Assembly: GCF_006345805.1 (NCBI RefSeq)
Contig: NC_043007.1
Coordinates: 15,872,001 to 15,936,000 of the forward strand
DNA from: Octopus sinensis
Lineage: Eukaryota
Reading direction: 5' to 3'
DNA: 64,000 bases
Within the stretch, counting starts at the first letter, position 1; each line of letters starts with the position of its first letter. The notes below the pieces were generated by a model that did no database searches, was not told the origin of the DNA, and saw only the letters and a list, made by a program, of their open reading frames with translations. Made by a program: the position numbers and the translations under genes. This document shows positions 51,111 to 63,065 of the stretch, piece after piece.

Positions 51111-51339
51111 TATATTTACAGATATATATATATATGGAACAAGGACGCAATAGAGGGCATTAAAATGTACGGACAGATACACGACACAAAGGCGGACAAG
51201 AGAAACAACAATTAGAAGGACAGGCAAAAAAGACGGATATTCTTGGTTTTGTAACGCATTAGCCGTACAATTAGTCACGTGCGCATCACTATATTATGGT
51301 GCTTTCCCCTCGTCCATATGACATCTGAAATTCAAACCT

Positions 51340-51562
51340 CAAATATTCTTTTCTACTCTAGACATAGGACCCGAAATTTTGGGGGAGGACACCAGTCGAT
51401 TATATCGACCCCAGTGCACAACTGGTACTTAATTTATCGACCCCGAAAAGATGAAAGACAAAGTCGACCTCGGCAGAATTTGAACTCAGAACGTAACGGC
51501 AGACGAAATACAGCTACGCATTTCGCCCGGCGTGCTAACGTTTCTGCCAGCTCACCGCCTTG
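51340..51562 (-). mobile_element. Nin-like SINE
   Basis: Reverse-complement full-length match. Confidence 0.88.
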
Positions 51563-51587
51563 CCATTATTATAACTTTTATCGGAAG

Positions 51588-51830
51588 ACTGTGGAGGCGC
51601 GTAGCTTAGTGGTTAGGGTGTTGATCGTAAGGTTATGGTTTCGATTCCTGGACCGGGCGATGCGTTGTGTTCTTGAGCAAAACACTTTATTTCACGTTGC
51701 TCCAGTCCACTCAGCTGTAGAAATGAGTAATCCTGCGACGGACCGGCGTCCCGTCCAGGTGGGGAATTTCTACGCCACTGAAACCGGGAAACCGGTCATT
51801 ATGAGCCTGGCATGGCTCGAGAAGGAACAT
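51588..51830 (+). mobile_element. tRNA-head SINE with CORE/Meta-like domain and tail B
   Basis: GTGTTCTTGAGCAAAACAC...CCAGTCCACTCAGCTGTAGAAATGAG, then the same tail as 9744-10050. Confidence 0.8.
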
Positions 51831-52186
51831 TTTTGTCGGAAAACTATGCCACAGTTTAAAAAAATACGAAATTTTATTAATAAAATATCATCGACCTTAA
51901 AAGGAGTTTAACCAGCTTCCCTATTTTATATTCTCATTATACAAAACTATTATGTACTACCCCGTACATTTTGGACTTCTGAGTACCTCATATTCTTATC
52001 CGTTATTACGTAATCCGCATGGAATTAAGAAGAGGGTGGAAGAAGAAAACAGAGCCAAAGACATTGCACCACTTGTAAATTATCTCATCGATCCCGAAGG
52101 AAGCAAGGACAAAGTTGATCTCGGTAGGATTTGAACTCGGAACATATAAAGACGGAACTTTGGATTTTTCCTTGCATGCACAGGGA

Positions 52187-52573
52187 GGAAAGCACTCCGT
52201 CGGTTACGACGATGAGGGTTCCGGTTGATCCGAAACAACGGAACAGCCTGCTCGTGAAATTAACGTGTAAGTGGCTGAGCACTCCACAGACACGTGCACC
52301 CTTAACGTAGTTCTCGGGGATATTTAGCGTGACACAGAGAGTGACAAGGCCGGCCCCTTGAAATACAGGTACAACAGAAACAGGAAGTAAGAGTGAGAGA
52401 AAGTTGTGGTGAAAGAGTACAGCAGGGATCACCACCATCCCCTGCCGGAGCCTCGTGGAGCTTTTAGGTGTTTTCGCTCAATAAACACTCACAACGCCCG
52501 GTCTGGGAATCGAAACCGCGATCCTATGACCGCGAGTCCGCTGCCCTAACCACTGGGCCATTGCGCCTCCACC
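52187..52573 (-). mobile_element. SINE family A nested in a Nin-like SINE
   Basis: TSD AAAGACGGAAC at 52148-52158 and 52574-52584, with about 28 extra nt between the SINE 3' end and the TSD. Confidence 0.9.
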
Positions 52574-52802
52574 AAAGACGGAACAAACCCCATAGAGAAC
52601 TTTTGCCCGATGTTCCGCCAATCCAATGCTTCCAGTGATTAAATACTAACAACGAATACCTACTTTGCTGATAAATTATGATCACAACCTCCACCATTGT
52701 GGCGAAAAAGGGAACTCACGTGGCGATGTGTGCGCTGCAATTTATTCCCGCCAATATTACAAAAGCTACACGTTCATTTCAGATAATAAATTGCTTACTT
52801 CC

Positions 52803-52804
<2 letters not shown>

Positions 52805-52844
<40 letters not shown>

Positions 52845-52867
52845 CACACACACACCACACACACACA

Positions 52868-52905
<38 letters not shown>

Positions 52906-53575
52906 ATTCACATACACACGGTGTGTAATAATGAGATTCATGCGTTGTTACCGACCGGTGACACTGGAGACTTATCTTTAGAAGTACCCTACTACTTACT
53001 ATATTATACATACATATATACATACATGCATACATACATACATACATACATACATACATACATACATTACATAAATACATACATACATACATACATACAT
53101 ACATACATACATACATGCATACATACATACATACATACATACATACATACATACATACATACATACATACATACATACATACATACATACATACATACGC
53201 ACATACATACATACATACATACATACATACATACATACATACATACATACATACGCACATACATACATACATACATGCGTACATACGCACATACATACAT
53301 ACGCACATACATACATACATACATACATACATACATACATACGCACATACATACATGCATGCATACATACATACATACATACATACATACATACATACAT
53401 ACATACGCACATACATACATACATACATACATACGTACATACGCACATACATACATACGCACATACATACATACATACATACATACATGCATACGCACAT
53501 ACATGCATACGCACATACATACATACATGCATACGCACATACATACATACATACATACATACATACATACATACA

Positions 53576-53606
<31 letters not shown>

Positions 53607-53620
53607 GTGTGTGTGTGTTT
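52805..53620. repeat. (CA)n and (TACA)n microsatellites with CGCA variants
   Basis: Read directly. Confidence 0.97.
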
Positions 53621-54152
53621 ATATCTGTATAAGTATCTGTGGATATTTGTTAAGATCAACAATCATCGAATATTGGACTCCTGACAAATAACCCTCCCAC
53701 ACGATTTAGCTTCTGAACGTTATCTTTAAATTGTGTCACTATTAAATCATATTATTTGTGGATACCCAGCCATGTATTTCCGGTACCATTTAGTATTTTT
53801 CAGGGTTTTTACGCTAGTAACCCTCTGTTCATTTGGTTGTAGTTGTTTGACATGTGATTTGGTCGAAGATTGTCACGTGTTGAAACAATTCCATGGGAGT
53901 GGGGAAAGTGGAGGCATAAGCAATTACAAATCACATACAATCACACGCAAAGACATTACGCTCTTTACGTTCTGAGTTCAAATTCAGCTGACAACTATGC
54001 CAACTTGCCGCCTTGACAATAATAATCTTTTCTACTATAGAGTTCAGCAAAGATTTGCTTTACCACACACCGAAGTTTAGAAATAGCATTTCCTTAGCTA
54101 TTTCCTCTACTTTAAAAAGAGATTCCAGGACAAAAACAAAGTACCCGAAAAC

Positions 54153-54214
<62 letters not shown>

Positions 54215-54219
<5 letters not shown>

Positions 54220-55156
54220 TAGATAACTTAGATATGTTTCGACCAAAGATTGGTCCAGGCCATGTCTAACTTAATAGCACCACCTGATAGGATTATTCGA
54301 ATCCTGTTTAAGTCAAGTTTTGTTCAAGTAGTGAGTTCTTGTTGGGTGAGTTGTATCCAATTATGGGTGGCTTATCTGGTATTCTTTGAAGGAATCTATC
54401 CAGACTCCGTTTAAAGTTGATGGGATCCTTTTCCTCTTTGATCTCCCTCGGGACAATGTTAAATAGGGCAGGGCCTGTTGAGGAAAAGAAATTATGTTGC
54501 AGTGTACATGTATGTTGTGATCTTGAATTGGGCAGGGGACGTATGGCCCTTGGTCCCAGTCTTGGATGAACCTTGAAGCTAATGTTAAGGTCGTTTGGGC
54601 AAAGTTGGCGGTATATTCTCCACATCGTACAAATGATGTACCGCTCACGGCGACGCTGGAGGGAGTAAAGTTTCAAGGCTTTAAGGCGATCCCAATAATC
54701 GAGAGCAGCCATGCCTTCAATTCCTTTAGTGAGTGCCCTCTGGGGGTGACTCAATTCTGGAGATGTTTTGTCTTGTACGGGGAAACCACAGTGGGCAGCA
54801 GTATTCAAGGTGTGGTCGTACAAAGGAGGAGAAAAGTAGTATGATGACACCTTGTTCTCTGGACCGGAAAGTTCTTAAGATCCAGGAACTCATCCTACGA
54901 GCTATATCGACCTTCTTGTTGATGTGTGCACTCCAACTGAGATCGTCATCAACAATTACACCCAGGTCTCTGATATTATTAGAGGCTGTGAGCGGTTCCC
55001 CTGAAGGAAGAGAGTATGGTTGTTTTAGTGAGGAATTTCTTCCAAAATTTTCCCTCATTCAGTTACATTTTGTTTCTGTCTCCCCATTGACTCACAGCAT
55101 ATAGATCAGACTGGAGTTGAGTTCGGTCTGCTTCTTCATTGACGATTTGATGGAGC

Positions 55157-55158
<2 letters not shown>
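54215..55158 (-). mobile_element. 5'-truncated CR1-clade LINE (RT C-terminal part, frameshifted, plus 3' tail)
   Basis: QLQSDLYAVSQW...IRDLGVIVDDDLSWSAHI...FVRPHLEYCCPLW, a frameshift near 54740, then LDYWDRLKALKLYSLQRRRERY...FKRSLDRFL. The tail has a GACC/GGTC stem-loop and ATCTAAGTT repeats. (TA)n lies on both sides. Confidence 0.92.
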
Positions 55159-55193
<35 letters not shown>

Positions 55194-55707
55194 TGTATGT
55201 ATGTATGTATGTATGTATGTATGTATGTATGTGCGTTTAGAATAGTTGGATAAATAGGTGTACTTAATATTATCATTTGCGAGATCTTCTAATAAAGATT
55301 TAGTTCAAGCACTCTATAGTACATATCGCTACAATCACTAATCAAAAGGCACATTGTTACACACAAGACTCGCTTGTCATTGTGTGTGTTTCATGTATTG
55401 TTATAGATCTCTGAACTGAAAGAAACTATATACGCCTTGGTGTATTTGATTTTTCTTAAAGAACGAAATAACTTTTAGAACTATGTTATACAAGGTTCAT
55501 TTGAGAACATCAATGGAGCTTATATTGACCCTTAGGAGAGATTAAAGGCAAAGTTAACCCGATGGGATTTGAAACTAGAACGTGGATCTAAAAATTAAAA
55601 CAAAATACACTTGGGTCATTTAGTTCAGTATTTCTCCGTTCCTACCATGCCATGTCTAACAGCGAAAACCAGAATAGGGAATAACATAATGGTATTTTTA
55701 ATTCAGT

Positions 55708-56198
55708 TGAGGCGGAGAGCTGGCAGAAACGTTAGCACGCCGGGCGAAATGCTTAGCGGTATTTCGTCTGCGTTACATTGTGAGTTCAAATTCCGCCGAG
55801 GTCGACTTTGCCTTTCATCCTTTCGGGGTCGATAAATTAAGTACCAGTTACGCACTGGGGTCGATGTAATCGACTTAATACCTATGTCTGTCCTTGTTTG
55901 TCTGTTTGTCCCCTCTGTGTTTAGCCCCTTGTGGGTAATAAAGAAATAGGTATTTTTAATTCAGTTAAGGCGGAGAGCTGGCAGAAACGTTAGCACGCCG
56001 GGTGAAATGCTTAGCAGTATTTCGTCTACCGTTACGTTGTGAGTTCAAATTCCGCCGAGGTCGACTTTGCCTTTCTTCCTTTCGCGGTCGATTAAATAAG
56101 TACCAGTAACGCACTGGGGTCGATGTAATCGACTTAATCCCTTTGTTTGTCCTTGTTTTCCCCTCTATGTTTAGCCCCTTGTTGGTAGTAAAGAAATA
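55708..56198 (+). mobile_element. Two complete Nin-like SINEs in tandem, each bounded by the same 17-mer
   Basis: GGTATTTTTAATTCAGT at 55691-55707, 55949-55965 and 56199-56215. Confidence 0.93.
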
Positions 56199-56634
56199 GG
56201 TATTTTTAATTCAGTGTTTTTAGGCTGTGGATTCGAATCTTGTTGAAAGACAAATTTGTCGTCCGTCCTCCGGGGTCTATGAAATAATTTTTAACGATGT
56301 AATATGGCCAACTTAATCAATTACTCCCACCCAACCGAACTGTCTGTGAAAGTGTGTGGTCTAGAGTTAGGGTGTTGTACACACGATCGTAAGATAGTGG
56401 TTTCGATTCCTGAAGCTGGTAGTGTGTTGTATTCTCGAGCAAAATACTTGGTGTCACTTTGCTTCAGTCCTCACAGCTGAAAATGAGTTCCAGCAATAGC
56501 TGAGAAGTTAACCCTCCGACAGACCAGCGTCCCAGCATCCCGTTCAGAATAAGTGGGGCTTTGTTGTAATCTCATTCACTTATATGCAATTGAAACCGGG
56601 TTAAGCTCTGGCCTTATGAACCCTAAGGCTCATG

Positions 56635-57019
56635 GTGGAGGCGCAATGGCCCAGTGGTTAGGGCAGCGGACTCGCGGTCATAGGATCGCGGTTTCGATTC
56701 CCAGACCGGGCGTTGTGAGTGTTTATTGAGCGAAAACACCTAAAAGTTCCACGAGGCTCCGGCAGGGATGGTGGTGATCCCTGCTGTACTCTTTCACCAC
56801 AACTTTCTCTCACTCTTACTTCCTGTTTCTGTTGTACCTGTATTTCAAAGGGCCGGCCTTGTCACTCTCTGTGTCACGCTGAATCTCCCAGAGAACTACG
56901 TTAAGGGTGCACGTGTCTGTGGAGTGCTCAGCCACTTACACGTTAATTTCACGAGCAGGCTGTTCCGTTGATTCGGATCAACCGGAACCCTCGTCGTCGT
57001 AACCGACGGAGTGCTTCCA
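56635..57019 (+). mobile_element. SINE family A nested at the end of a family-E SINE (56345-56630)
   Basis: TSD AAGGCTCATG. Confidence 0.92.
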
Positions 57020-57289
57020 TCCAAGGCTCATGACAGACCTAAGAACAGAACTGTCTGATCTTATGTCAATAATAATAATTCATTTTATACCTGCTTAAAA
57101 TGTGTAATGTTGCTGTTTTCTTTTCAGAAACTCATTTCTTCCATAAATCTGTTCAAAAGTAAAAATAAAGTAAAAAAACAAATGGACAGAATATTTTTTA
57201 TTAGATTTTCATAATAAAATCGTTATAACTGCTCTCGATATTTTATTACAGAACTCAGCCCTAAAATAAAAAAAATATATATTCCTTTC

Positions 57290-57500
57290 TACAATAGGCA
57301 CAAAGCCTAAAGTTTGGAGGAGGAGGACTTGTCGATTACATCGACTCCAGTGCTCAAGTGATACTTATTTCATCGACCCCGAAAGGATAAAAGGCAATGT
57401 CGGCTTCAACGGAATTTGAACTCAGAACGTAAAGACAGACCAAATACCGCTTAGTATTTTGCGCTGCATGTTAACGATTCGACCAGCTCGCTCCCTTATG
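57290..57500 (-). mobile_element. Nin-like SINE
   Basis: Reverse-complement match. Confidence 0.8.
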
Positions 57501-57692
57501 AAAGATATATAATGATAGCCATTTTTTTTTTTTGCTTAAGCACAAACATATTATATGACCAGGGAAGAAATCTAGGACGTTCGCGCTTTTATACCCTTCT
57601 CAAGAGGATCACTAGAGTGACACTAAAACCACGTCCCTAGTTTAATGAGCTAAAGGCTAATTCTTTGTACTAACCACAACAGTAGTAGTAGT

Positions 57693-58035
57693 AGTTGAGA
57701 TCCCCTTCGGTCATGAATGACCGTGGGATTGCACCTAGAAAGTTACCCTCCCGGGCACAAGTCCGGGCAATGTTGTTTTTGAAAGACCAACAATCGCCCA
57801 TGTATACTGGCCTCCCCTCTCTACGCCCCTAGTATTATCCAAGGGAAAGGCAAAAGGGGCCGATACAGCTTGGCACCAGTGACGTCGCAACTCATTTCTA
57901 CAGCTGAGTGAACTGGAGCAACGTGAAATAAAGTGTCTTGCTCAAGAACACAACACGCAGCCCGGTCCGGGATTCCAACTCACAACCTCACGATCGTAAG
58001 CTCGACGCTCTAACCACTGAGCCATGCACCTTCAC
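57693..58035 (-). mobile_element. tRNA-head SINE with CORE/Meta-like domain and a further distinct tail, flanked by (AGT)n
   Basis: Head reverse complement at 57960-58035, CATTTCTACAGCTGAGTGAACTGGAGCAACG domain, tail ending CATTCATGACCGAAGGGGATCTCAAC(TAC)n. Confidence 0.78.
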
Positions 58036-58085
<50 letters not shown>

Positions 58086-58621
58086 TAGCAGCAGCAGCAG
58101 CTCCAGCAGCTGTTGTTGTTGTTTTCATAGACGTAGTTTAGTCCAGTTTGACCTAGGAGTTCAGTAGTTCTGATCAAAGACTATTATGATCAATGGCATC
58201 CATACCGTGACCAGACCACGCCGTCTTTCATTTTGGGGCAGTGTCCAGAACTATATTGTTTAATGTGTCCATCCTTTTGATTTCAGCAAAGTAAGATTTG
58301 TATGCTGAATGGGGGTTTTAAGGCGACAAATTTCACGGGTCATTAGAAGATTGCATAGAATGCCTAGCAGTATTCGTTACGACTCTCAGCGCATTGATTA
58401 TAAACCCAGTCGCCATTAACTTTGCGTTTAATCTTTTCGGGGTGGATGTGGATAAAGAAAAATATTTTTACTCTAGTCAATCCCTCTTTCCCTTTATCTA
58501 TCTATCTATCTATCAATCTATCTATCTATATATCTATCTATCTATCTATCTATCTACCTATCTATCTAACTATCTGTCTGTCTGTCGGTCGGTTTGTCTA
58601 TCTATCTATCTATCTATCTAT

Positions 58622-59823
58622 GACCGAACTGCAGTTGTGGATCAAAAAGAGGCCGAGGAAGGGCGAATGGCACCGCGAGTGTCGCGTTGCTCTCAAGCAA
58701 CTCTGCCGTCCTGGGTCGACCTTGAGTGACTTCAACACAACCAAAGCATTCTATAGGGGATTAGTGGAGGGGAGGTACGATGACGAGCTCGGGGCGAACC
58801 TGGACGTCGACGAGGAGTACCTAACCCGCCTGTTCAGGACGACTTTCGGGCCAGGGCCCATGGACAACTTCCAGAGATCCCTGGCCTGGCAGTGCTACCG
58901 AGAAGAGCTACCCGTTCGGGATAAGCTCTACAGACACGGCTCGAGAAACACGGGGCCGACCTGCCCGAGATGCGGTCAGAGCGACGAAACCGTTCTGCAC
59001 GCACTCGTGCAGTGTCCAACAATTTCCGACCTGTGGCTTATGTCGAACAACTGCTGTCACGTGTGGGACGAGTCGGTTTATCAGCTGAGTCTATCGTCAA
59101 TATTGTCACGCCTCCTTCCTTCAAACGGGAAGGAAGAGCTATTTTCATAATCCTTGTGGCTATGGCGAAAGAATGTATCTGGTGGACGCGTCTGAAAGGA
59201 TTGGAGACAACACTTTCCTCTCTGGTCAATCTCTCATCAACTTCTTCAAGTACCACTTGAAAAGGAAAGTGAGAGTAGAGAGGCAAGTTTTGTCTAGCGA
59301 ATGTTTTAAAAAAGATGGGTGAATGTAGCAAGGATGGCACGTATGAATGACGAAGCCACCTTGAGCATAATCCTATGAACCCAGAAATTGAAAACAGAGG
59401 GTTACCCACTTGCAAACAAATGTGGTAACATATAACAATAGTTAATAGACCAAGGTTACCGTGGTCTTTTTCGTAGGCTTTTCTTCCCACGGATAAACCT
59501 TACTTGCTTTCCCCTTTACACCATATATCATAACACTGTGATACACGATTCCTATTGATCGTTCTTTTTTTTTCCTCTTCCCCTTTTTTCCCCCTTTTTT
59601 CTTCTTTTTTCATTTCTCTTTTCTCTTGTTCCTTTTTTTTTATTCTTTTTTTTTTTTTTTTTTATTTATTTATTAATTTTGTTCTTTTCTTCCCTTTTAC
59701 GATCCCTCTTGATCGAAAACCTACGCCACCCCTTTTTTTTTTTTTTCTTCATCCCCCAAAAGAAAAGCTCTACCTTGTAACTTGTCCCATCTGTGTGCAG
59801 CCCTGTGTGGCCAATAAAGAAAC
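58622..59823 (+). mobile_element. 5'-truncated Tx1/L1-clade LINE (zf-RVT region plus 3' UTR)
   Basis: SLAWQCYREELPVRDKL...CPRCGQSDETVLHALVQCP (CX2C..ET..H...C), a frameshift near 59035, then IILVAMAKECIWWTR. T-rich 3' UTR ending AATAAAGAAAC. Confidence 0.85.
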
Positions 59824-59845
59824 TTATCTATCTATTTATTTATCA

Positions 59846-59911
<66 letters not shown>

Positions 59912-59994
59912 TTATCTATCTATTTATCAATCTATCTATCTATCTATTTACCTATCTATCTAATTATCTGACTGTCTGTCTGTCGGTCGGTTTG

Positions 59995-60039
<45 letters not shown>

Positions 60040-60175
60040 TTATCTATTTATCTATTTAACAAGCTAGCTAGCTGCCTCTTTCTATTTCTATTTAATACCA
60101 TTTATCTCTATTCCTATCTTTCTTTCTATCTATCTATCTATCTATCTACCAATCTGTCTATCTATCTTTTTCTGT
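59824..60175. repeat. (TCTA)n compound microsatellite; a related array lies at 58494-58621
   Basis: Read directly. Confidence 0.95.
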
Positions 60176-61199
60176 TTCTCTCTTTTCTTTTCCCGTTCTC
60201 TTTCTGTCCGGAAGAAATCGGTTATGGTTAAACGAAGAGAGAGCTCAGTTCTGCCAGATGTAAATGTCCATGAGACGATGTGAATGTCACAATTGGAATA
60301 CTTTTGGTCATAGGTCTGTCAGTTTAGATCTGACTTGAGGCAACACACAAAACATCAACAACAACAACAGCTACAACTACACATTTTGCACTCCCTGCCA
60401 CTTTCACACTAAATTTTGTAAATATATTCTTTTATCACGATAAATGCACTCATCTGAAAATACGTAAAATGGAGGATCATCTTCAGTTTTGTCCTCTTTA
60501 GTTATAAATTCATATCCAACTGAGTTGGCTTTTGCCTTTCTTATATTCTAGATTCGATAGAAGTAGCTCACATACCCCGCGGCAGAAGGATGCGGCGACG
60601 TATATTCGCAGGCGGTGGCGGCGGCAATTCAATCAGTTGTACGCTTCCTCTGCAAAACTGCTGTCATAGGCCAAAGTAAGAAATCAATATCAGAAATCTA
60701 AACCATTCACTAACTGAATTGGAAACTACAGCAGATACAGATGATCGTTTGTTCCATTCTTGATATACAAAATATTATGCCTAAATGCTGTTCTTTTAAA
60801 ATGTAGTTGCTTACTTTATGCATTTTCCATGCATTTTATGTAGCCTTCCATCTTTCCGTTTACCCTTCCTACTTAATTGTATAGTTATACATAGTTCTAT
60901 GATTTCCATCCAATCTTATTGGCGTAGCGGATTTTAATTAATAATCCCAGTTTTAGATATAGCCAGATATATAATATAAAACATAACTTCATCTATGTGT
61001 ATTTGTGTATGCATATACACACACAGACACACACACACAATTAATATTATATATATTATATATATATATATATTATATAAATATATATATTAATTACATA
61101 CACATATACATGTTTATATATATATATATATATATATACATATATATACATACACATACACACACACACACGCACAAACACACACATATATATATATAT

Positions 61200-61405
61200 G
61201 TATATGTTTGTCCCGCCCTCACCACCGTCGCTTGATAACCGATATTGGTGTGTTTACATCCCCGTAACTTAGCAGTTCAGCAAAAGAGACCGATAGATTA
61301 AGTACGAGGCTTATATGGAATAAGTCCTGGGATCGATTTCTTCGACTAAAGGCGGTGCTCCAGCATGGCCGCAGTCAAATTACTGAAACAAGTAAAAATA
61401 AAAGA
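61200..61405 (+). mobile_element. CORE-like SINE, 3' part
   Basis: Tail match to 2203-2610. Confidence 0.85.
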
Positions 61406-61497
61406 ATATATACATATATATATTCGATACACATATACATAGTGAATATTATATAATATATACCTCATATATATATATATATATGTGTGTGTGTGTA

Positions 61498-61574
<77 letters not shown>

Positions 61575-62865
61575 ATATAATTCGAGACAAAACCACTATT
61601 TTGCAAAACAAACAAGGAAAGACTTAATCAATACATAAAAATTTTTAATATAAAGAAATAAACCGCCACTACAATCGTTTCATGTCTTCAATGACATTCG
61701 TCAGGTGGATTTTCGATCTAAAATATCAATATATTAAAATATAAGTTTAAAATAATAAAATTATCAATGAAAAATATAAATATATATAATCTATATATAA
61801 TCTATATATAATCTATATATAATCAATATATAATCTAAATTAAACCCTATAAATAATTGAATATAAAGAAACCTATTATTAAAGTTCTCATATTTAAAGA
61901 TGTACAAAAAACAAAAAACAGAAAACAAAAACCAAAAAAAAACAAAAACAAAAAACAAAAAACAAAAACAAAAAACAAAAACAAAAACAAAAACAAAATA
62001 AAAATAAACTATATATACACACATGCTCATACACATATAACTAAATATATATAACCATATCTAAATACATACACTAACTCACACACCAATATATATATAT
62101 CTATACATACACATAAAAACGTCTAGGCAACAATAAATGAATAAATTTAAAAAATAGCCAAATACTTCAACACATTACTTATTCTTACTCCCTCACCCAC
62201 ACATACAACCCACAGTCATAAACAATATACATATACCCGCTCACACATACATATACATACATACAGAACTCGATATATACACCAATATATTCACCCCACA
62301 CCCATACAGATAAATAAATTACGCAAACAATACCACACACACACACACACATTCACACATACATAAACACTCAAAAGAAAATAAACAATTCTTAGCGCGT
62401 GGTGATCGAACTTTTTTTTTTTTAATTATAAATGGAAAGAATGGAATAATATTTAATCAACGTAAAAATACAGAATTTACTCCAAAATCACTAATAAACC
62501 AATCATGATAATGAAACCCATATATACATATAATGATAAAACACCCTTTACCATACACAATAATACCTATATAGCAATCCCCATAATACATTCACACACA
62601 AAAAACTACACATACGTAAAACACACACCCATAACATATACATATACCCCCTCACATATACATATACATACGTACTAAACTCGATATATACAACAATATA
62701 TTCACACCCACACCCATATAGACAAATAAATTACACAACCAATTACGCACACACACACACATTTACACATACATAAACACTCAAAAGAAAAACAACATAT
62801 CTACACATAATACGATTTTTCCCTGTAAATTTGGATTTATTCCCTAATATTTGATATAATATATA
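61575..62865 (-). mobile_element. Probable Penelope-like or retrozyme remnant with a hammerhead and an internal direct repeat of about 180 bp
   Basis: Hammerhead at 61666-61708. 62200-62385 is similar to 62605-62790. No ORF. Confidence 0.45.
61666..61708 (-). ncRNA. Type-I hammerhead ribozyme
   Basis: Minus strand CCAC-CTGACGA-ATGTC ATTGAA GACAT-GAAA-C GATT G-TA-GTGG. All three stems pair; GUA cleavage triplet. Confidence 0.78.
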
Positions 62866-63065
62866 TAATATATATATATTATATATATATATGTATGTGT
62901 GTATGTGTATGTATGTATGTATGTATGTATGTATGTATGTATGTAGTTATATGGTCATATCCGATATGGAGAAAGTTTAAACATTTTTAAAAGGAAGACT
63001 TGATAATTGTAATGTAGTGCATGAAACCAATGGTAGCACTGTATAACGACAGGTAAATGTATAAA

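Noticed and set aside
54235-54280. GACC/GGTC-GAAAC motif on the minus strand
   Set aside because: It lacks CUGANGA and is better explained as the CR1 3' stem-loop.
57128-57158. 31-nt candidate exon KLISSINLFK
   Set aside because: Good acceptor but weak donor in AT-rich DNA; phase compatibility with other candidates is expected by chance.
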